Part shown: positions 60,012 through 64,000 of the stretch, piece after piece | Numbering within the stretch: position 1 is the stretch's first letter | Layout: each line of letters begins with the position of its first letter | Assembly (NCBI GenBank): GCA_963668645.2 | Contig: CAXXWC010000018.1 | Coordinates: forward strand, 384,001-448,000 | Length of the DNA: 64,000 bases | Direction: 5' to 3' | DNA from: Desulfobacterales bacterium | GTDB taxonomy: Bacteria; Desulfobacterota; Desulfobacteria; Desulfobacterales; UBA2174 | Notes under the pieces: model-generated | Seen by the model: only the letters and a program-made list of their open reading frames with translations | The model's database searches: none | Told to the model about the DNA's origin: nothing | Translations under genes and position numbers: made by a program

Positions 60012-60521
60012 ATGGCAGATATGACAGTTCTAAATGCCCAATATTTGAATAAAATAGATTTTAAGCCTTTTGGCCAAAAACTGAATCGCAATCGTATCGA
60101 TAAGGAAATCGAGCCGGCTAAGGGCGTTTTTGTTATACCGGGTGTTGGTGAAGTTGAAGTCGAAAATGGATTGCCGGAACTTAACTTTCTTAAAGTTTTA
60201 TCTCGTCCTTTTGTCTGTAAAGTTCTAGAGCGCCATTTGCTGACTTCTCAATCTTTTATTCCTATAAAAGGCTGCTGTAGCCTTATGGTTCTGGCTCCGG
60301 CCACGAAAGGACCATTGCCAGACTTAAGTAAGATAATTGCAGTAATATTTGATGGAACAGAAGGTATAAATATAAAAAAAGGCACATGGCATAGTGCACC
60401 ATTTGCGATTTCAAAAGAATCTAATTTCGTCATGGTAGGAAGAAAAGGTACATTAATGGATGATCTTTATCTAGTCGATTTGGAGAAAAATTTTAATATA
60501 AAGTATCAGATAATTCTTTAA
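60012..60521 (+). CDS. Ureidoglycolate lyase (AllA)-like cupin, copy 1
   Basis: FKPFGQ, LERHLLTSQSFIP, GINIKKGTWHSAPF. Confidence 0.8.
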   Translation: MADMTVLNAQYLNKIDFKPFGQKLNRNRIDKEIEPAKGVFVIPGVGEVEVENGLPELNFLKVLSRPFVCKVLERHLLTSQSFIPIKGCCSLMVLAPATKGPLPDLSKIIAVIFDGTEGINIKKGTWHSAPFAISKESNFVMVGRKGTLMDDLYLVDLEKNFNIKYQIIL

Positions 60522-60603
60522 ATGCATATTGTTGAAAAAGGTATCAAATAATGAAATCATAGACTTTGTAAAAATGAATTCTAAAATCTATTAGGAGCTT
60601 CCG

Positions 60604-61116
60604 ATGATTGAAAAAGTGCAAATAAAGGCAACGCATTTAAATGAGATCGATTTTACCCCTTATGGGCAGAAACTTGCAGAAAGTGACATAGGCAAAATCA
60701 TAGAACCGGAAGAAGGGGTTTTTGTAACGCCCGGAGTGGGACAGCTATACGTAGAAAGAGGCGATCTTGTATTTAATTATCTTACGGTACGCAGGTGTCC
60801 ATTGATTGTAGGGGCGTTGGAGCGTCATGTGTTGACATCGCAAACGGTTGTTCCTTTGTTGGGATGTTGTGGATTATATATGATGGCTCCACAGGCAAAA
60901 GATTTTGATGGCCCGGATTTAGACAATGCCTTCGCAGTCTATTTTGACGGATCACAAGGTATAAATATTAAAAAGGGCATCTGGCACAGTGCTCCTTTGG
61001 CATTTTCAGAAGAGTCGAGTTATCTCATGGTTATGCGAAACGGGACATTTAAAGACGATCTTGAAGTATACGATTTTCAAAAGAATTTAAACAAGGTATT
61101 CCAAATCTTAATTTAA
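60604..61116 (+). CDS. Ureidoglycolate lyase (AllA)-like cupin, copy 2
   Basis: FTPYGQ, LERHVLTSQTVVP, GINIKKGIWHSAPL. Confidence 0.8.
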   Translation: MIEKVQIKATHLNEIDFTPYGQKLAESDIGKIIEPEEGVFVTPGVGQLYVERGDLVFNYLTVRRCPLIVGALERHVLTSQTVVPLLGCCGLYMMAPQAKDFDGPDLDNAFAVYFDGSQGINIKKGIWHSAPLAFSEESSYLMVMRNGTFKDDLEVYDFQKNLNKVFQILI

Positions 61117-61140
61117 ACTACCCCCAAAAAGGAGAATCAG

Positions 61141-61878
61141 ATGATGAAAAAGTTGGTCGGTCTAATAGCTGCACTAATTTTGGCAATTTTGATGATCACT
61201 CCGTCAACCACAAAGGCCGAATATAAGAAAGAGTACAAGTTTTCAATTATCGTAGGTCCATCTTTGGTGTGGGCCAAGACTGCGGAGTATTTTGCTGATG
61301 AGGTAAGAGAAAGAACAGGTGGTCGGGTAAATATCAAAGTGTATACAGGTGGAACACTCCTTGCGGGGCAACAGTTAAATGAATTTATGATGTTAAAAAA
61401 GGGAGTTATCGATTTTGCCTATGATTCCACAATAAACTGGTCCCCCCAAATTAAAGAAATGAACCTATTTACACTTCCTTTTTTGTTCCCAAAAGGAAAA
61501 TATATTTATGATGCTGTCGATGCTGTAGAAAATGGTGAGCCGGGGAAAAAATTATTTGAAATTATGGAAAAAAAGGGCGTTGTGGGCCTTGCCTGGGGAG
61601 AAAATGGATTCAGGCAGTTGTCCAACAACAAAATTGAAGTCAAAACTGTGGATGATATGAAAAATCTTAAGATCCGAATTGTTGGGTCACCAATTTTCAT
61701 AGATATCTATAGGGCACTTGGAGCTGACCCAATGGCAATAAATTGGGGAGAAACTGTAACAGGACTGCAGCAGGGTACTGTCGATGGTTTTGAAAATGGA
61801 ATAAATTCAATACAGCGTACCTTGAAGGTGTGGGAATACACTAAACCTATGGAACCACAAAACGGTTGGATTCTGTAA
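61141..61878 (+). pseudogene. dctP: TRAP transporter substrate-binding protein DctP, truncated by IS insertion near 61846
   Basis: ERTGGRVNIKVY, WGENGFRQ, DMKNLKIR, GLQQGTVDGFEN; ends WEYTK then non-homologous PMEPQNGWIL; too short for DctP. Confidence 0.85.
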
Positions 61879-64000
61879 AATCAGTATGTTATCCGATTAT
61901 TTTTGCCATACTTGATCATATTTTGCGATTCTCAAGGAGCCTGTGCTTTCGTTTTCCGGGGTGTCGGCTTTGCGTCTAACTCATAGAAAACACATGTAAT
62001 GATTGTCATTTACGATAGATGGCTATCCTCTTTTTCGTTCTTGTCAAATCGTCCATTTCTTGATAATGTATTGCATATATGCCCGGTTGCGGCGATAACC
62101 TGCAATACTTTATCGGGAGGGCGATATGGATGGTTCGACCGAGGTTTCCCAGCGTCTCGCGGTCCTGTTCAAGCAGCATCCATGCTGGATGATCGGGCCG
62201 CTGAGCCAACAGATGGACTACTCGATTCCATCAACCCGGCGATTTCTGGCCCAGAACGGCTACTACAGCAGTTTTACGCACAACGGACGATGGTATACCC
62301 TGCGTTCGATTCCTCGCTTTTCGCGCGAAGGACTGTGGTTTTACCACGACATCGGCTTTTCCCGGGCCGGCAGTCTGACCCGTACGCTGGTGGCCCTGAT
62401 CGATGCCAGTCTGGCAGGGATGAGCGCCGAAGCGCTCGGCCAAAAGTTGCGCTGCCGTTGTCATTCGGTTCTGGTCGGGTTGTACCGCCGCGGTCTTGTC
62501 CAGCGCCAGCGCCAGGGACGCGCGAACGTTTACCTGGCCAGCAATGCCAGGACCGCCGAGGCGCAACGTCGTGTCCTGGAAGCGCCCGTGGCGGCGGTGC
62601 TGCCAGCCGAGATTGCAGTGATGGTGCTGGCCGAATTCATCCGCAAGCCGTCAGCCGAGCCGGCCGAGTTGGCCCGCCGGGTGTCGGCCCGGGCCGCCGT
62701 GCGCATCAAGGCCGACCAGATCCGGGCGCTGTTTGCGCAGCACGGTTTAAAAAAAATGCTGCCGTTGCGGCCATCGGCCTCCTGAGCCGCCTCAACGAAC
62801 AACTGCACCAGGAGGTGCGCCCGTCGGCGTTGTTCGCGCAGCCGCCGGTGGTCGATTTTCGCTACCCGCACCGGCAGTGCTCCTGCGGCGGTGCCTTGAA
62901 AGTCCAAAAGACACAAACCAAGCGCGTGGTCAGTCTTTCGGTCACCTATATCGCCCGCCGGACCGTGCAACGCTGTACCCGTTGTGGCCGTGTCTGGGAA
63001 GATCCGGCCCTGCGTCAGCGGGTGGCGCATCGTTGCAATACCGCTTGGGACGTGCTGGTCTTTGTCGGCCGTCGCCTGTTCGAGGACTGCCACAGTGTCG
63101 GGCAGGTTCGCAACGAGCTGCTGGCCCGCGATGTGGTGCTGTCCGATTCTCAAATCACCAAACTCGGCCGCAAGTTTATCCTCTTGCTGGCTCTGGCCCA
63201 TCGGCGCGCCACCCCGCGCATCAAGCAGGCCATGGCCAGAAGCGGCGGCTATATCCTGCATCTGGATGCCGTGCATCAAGAAGATGCGCCCGCTCTGATG
63301 TCAGGCATCGACGCTCTGAGCCGCCTGGTGTTGGCCAATGTCAAGGTGCCCAGTGAACACGCCGCTCAGATCATCCCGTTTTTGGAAAAGATCAAAGACG
63401 ACTATGGCGATCCGATCGCCTGTGTGCATGACATGGGCACAGGCATCTGCAAGGCGGTCGGGGCCGTGTTCCCCACAAGCAAAGACTTTGTCTGCCACTT
63501 TCATTTCTTGCGCGATGCGGGCAAAGACCTGATCGAGCCGGCCTACCGCGAGCTTCGTGGCTGCCTGCGTCGCCATGCGTTCAGCACCCGGTTCCGTGCG
63601 TTGGCCCGCCACGCCCGTCGGTTACTGGCCGAGCCGAACGCCCTGGCGATGTATCTGGCGGGCACCCAAACGGCTGCCGATTTGAGTCTCACGACCCCTG
63701 CGGCGGTCTATGCACTATCGCTGTGGAGCTTGCAGGCCAAACACTGCGGCGATGGCTACGGCTTTCCTTTCGATCGCCCCTTGCTGGTACTGGCCGAACG
63801 GCTTATGATCCTGCTCGATTGCCTGCCGCGCCTGCTACAGACACTTCCCGGCGACAACGTGGCCGGCAGCCGCTTGTTTGTCCACCTGGCACGAAAGGTG
63901 ATGGATGTCGTCGCCGATCCGGTCTTCGAAAAAAGCCTCGACTCGTTACGCTGGCGTTGCCGGCTCTTTGATCAGCTTCGCCAAGCCATGCGCATCGCAC
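61846..64000 (+). mobile_element. Insertion sequence with two-ORF, frameshifted MULE/IS256-like DDE transposase; runs off the right edge
   Basis: Jump back to high GC; ORF 62126-62785, then -1 frame after TTTAAAAAAAA (62746-62756) gives CSCGG..CTRCG, LHLDAV, VHDMG, CHFHFLRD. Confidence 0.75.

Overview
Accessory, mosaic 64-kb region of a GC-rich anaerobic Gram-negative bacterium. Gene content suggests a Desulfosarcina-like Desulfobacterota member (inference). From left to right: (1) 1-9830, a minus-strand TonB-receptor/metal-corrinoid uptake operon (TonB receptor, DUF4198, signal-peptide-bearing precorrin-methylase homologue, APC permease, CbiL-like protein, membrane spermidine-synthase-like/TPR protein) behind an internally deleted cobalamin riboswitch. 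(2) About 9950-22450, a visibly more AT-rich island. It combines paeninodin-type lasso-peptide machinery (HPr-kinase-like, PqqD/RRE, Asn-synthetase-like cyclase, a 72-aa precursor ending in Ser), two sulfotransferases and a radical SAM/SPASM fusion with a GNAT-DUF6916-3x phage-tail-collar cassette co-oriented with the cyclase. This is the best candidate for an uncharacterised system. (3) TetR-aldehyde dehydrogenase, siaBCDA c-di-GMP module, TetR/MFS efflux, ahcY/LysR and an ISAs1-type element. (4) A second TonB/DUF4198/methyltransferase locus under AraC. (5) GntR-ABC-Nif3-GidA-like catabolic module and a PAS hybrid kinase. (6) IS701 abutting a truncated IS1634. (7) A low-GC GntR-MtaA/CmuA-2x AllA-DctP module cut by a frameshifted MULE-like transposase. 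All product calls come from motif recognition by eye, with no database searches.
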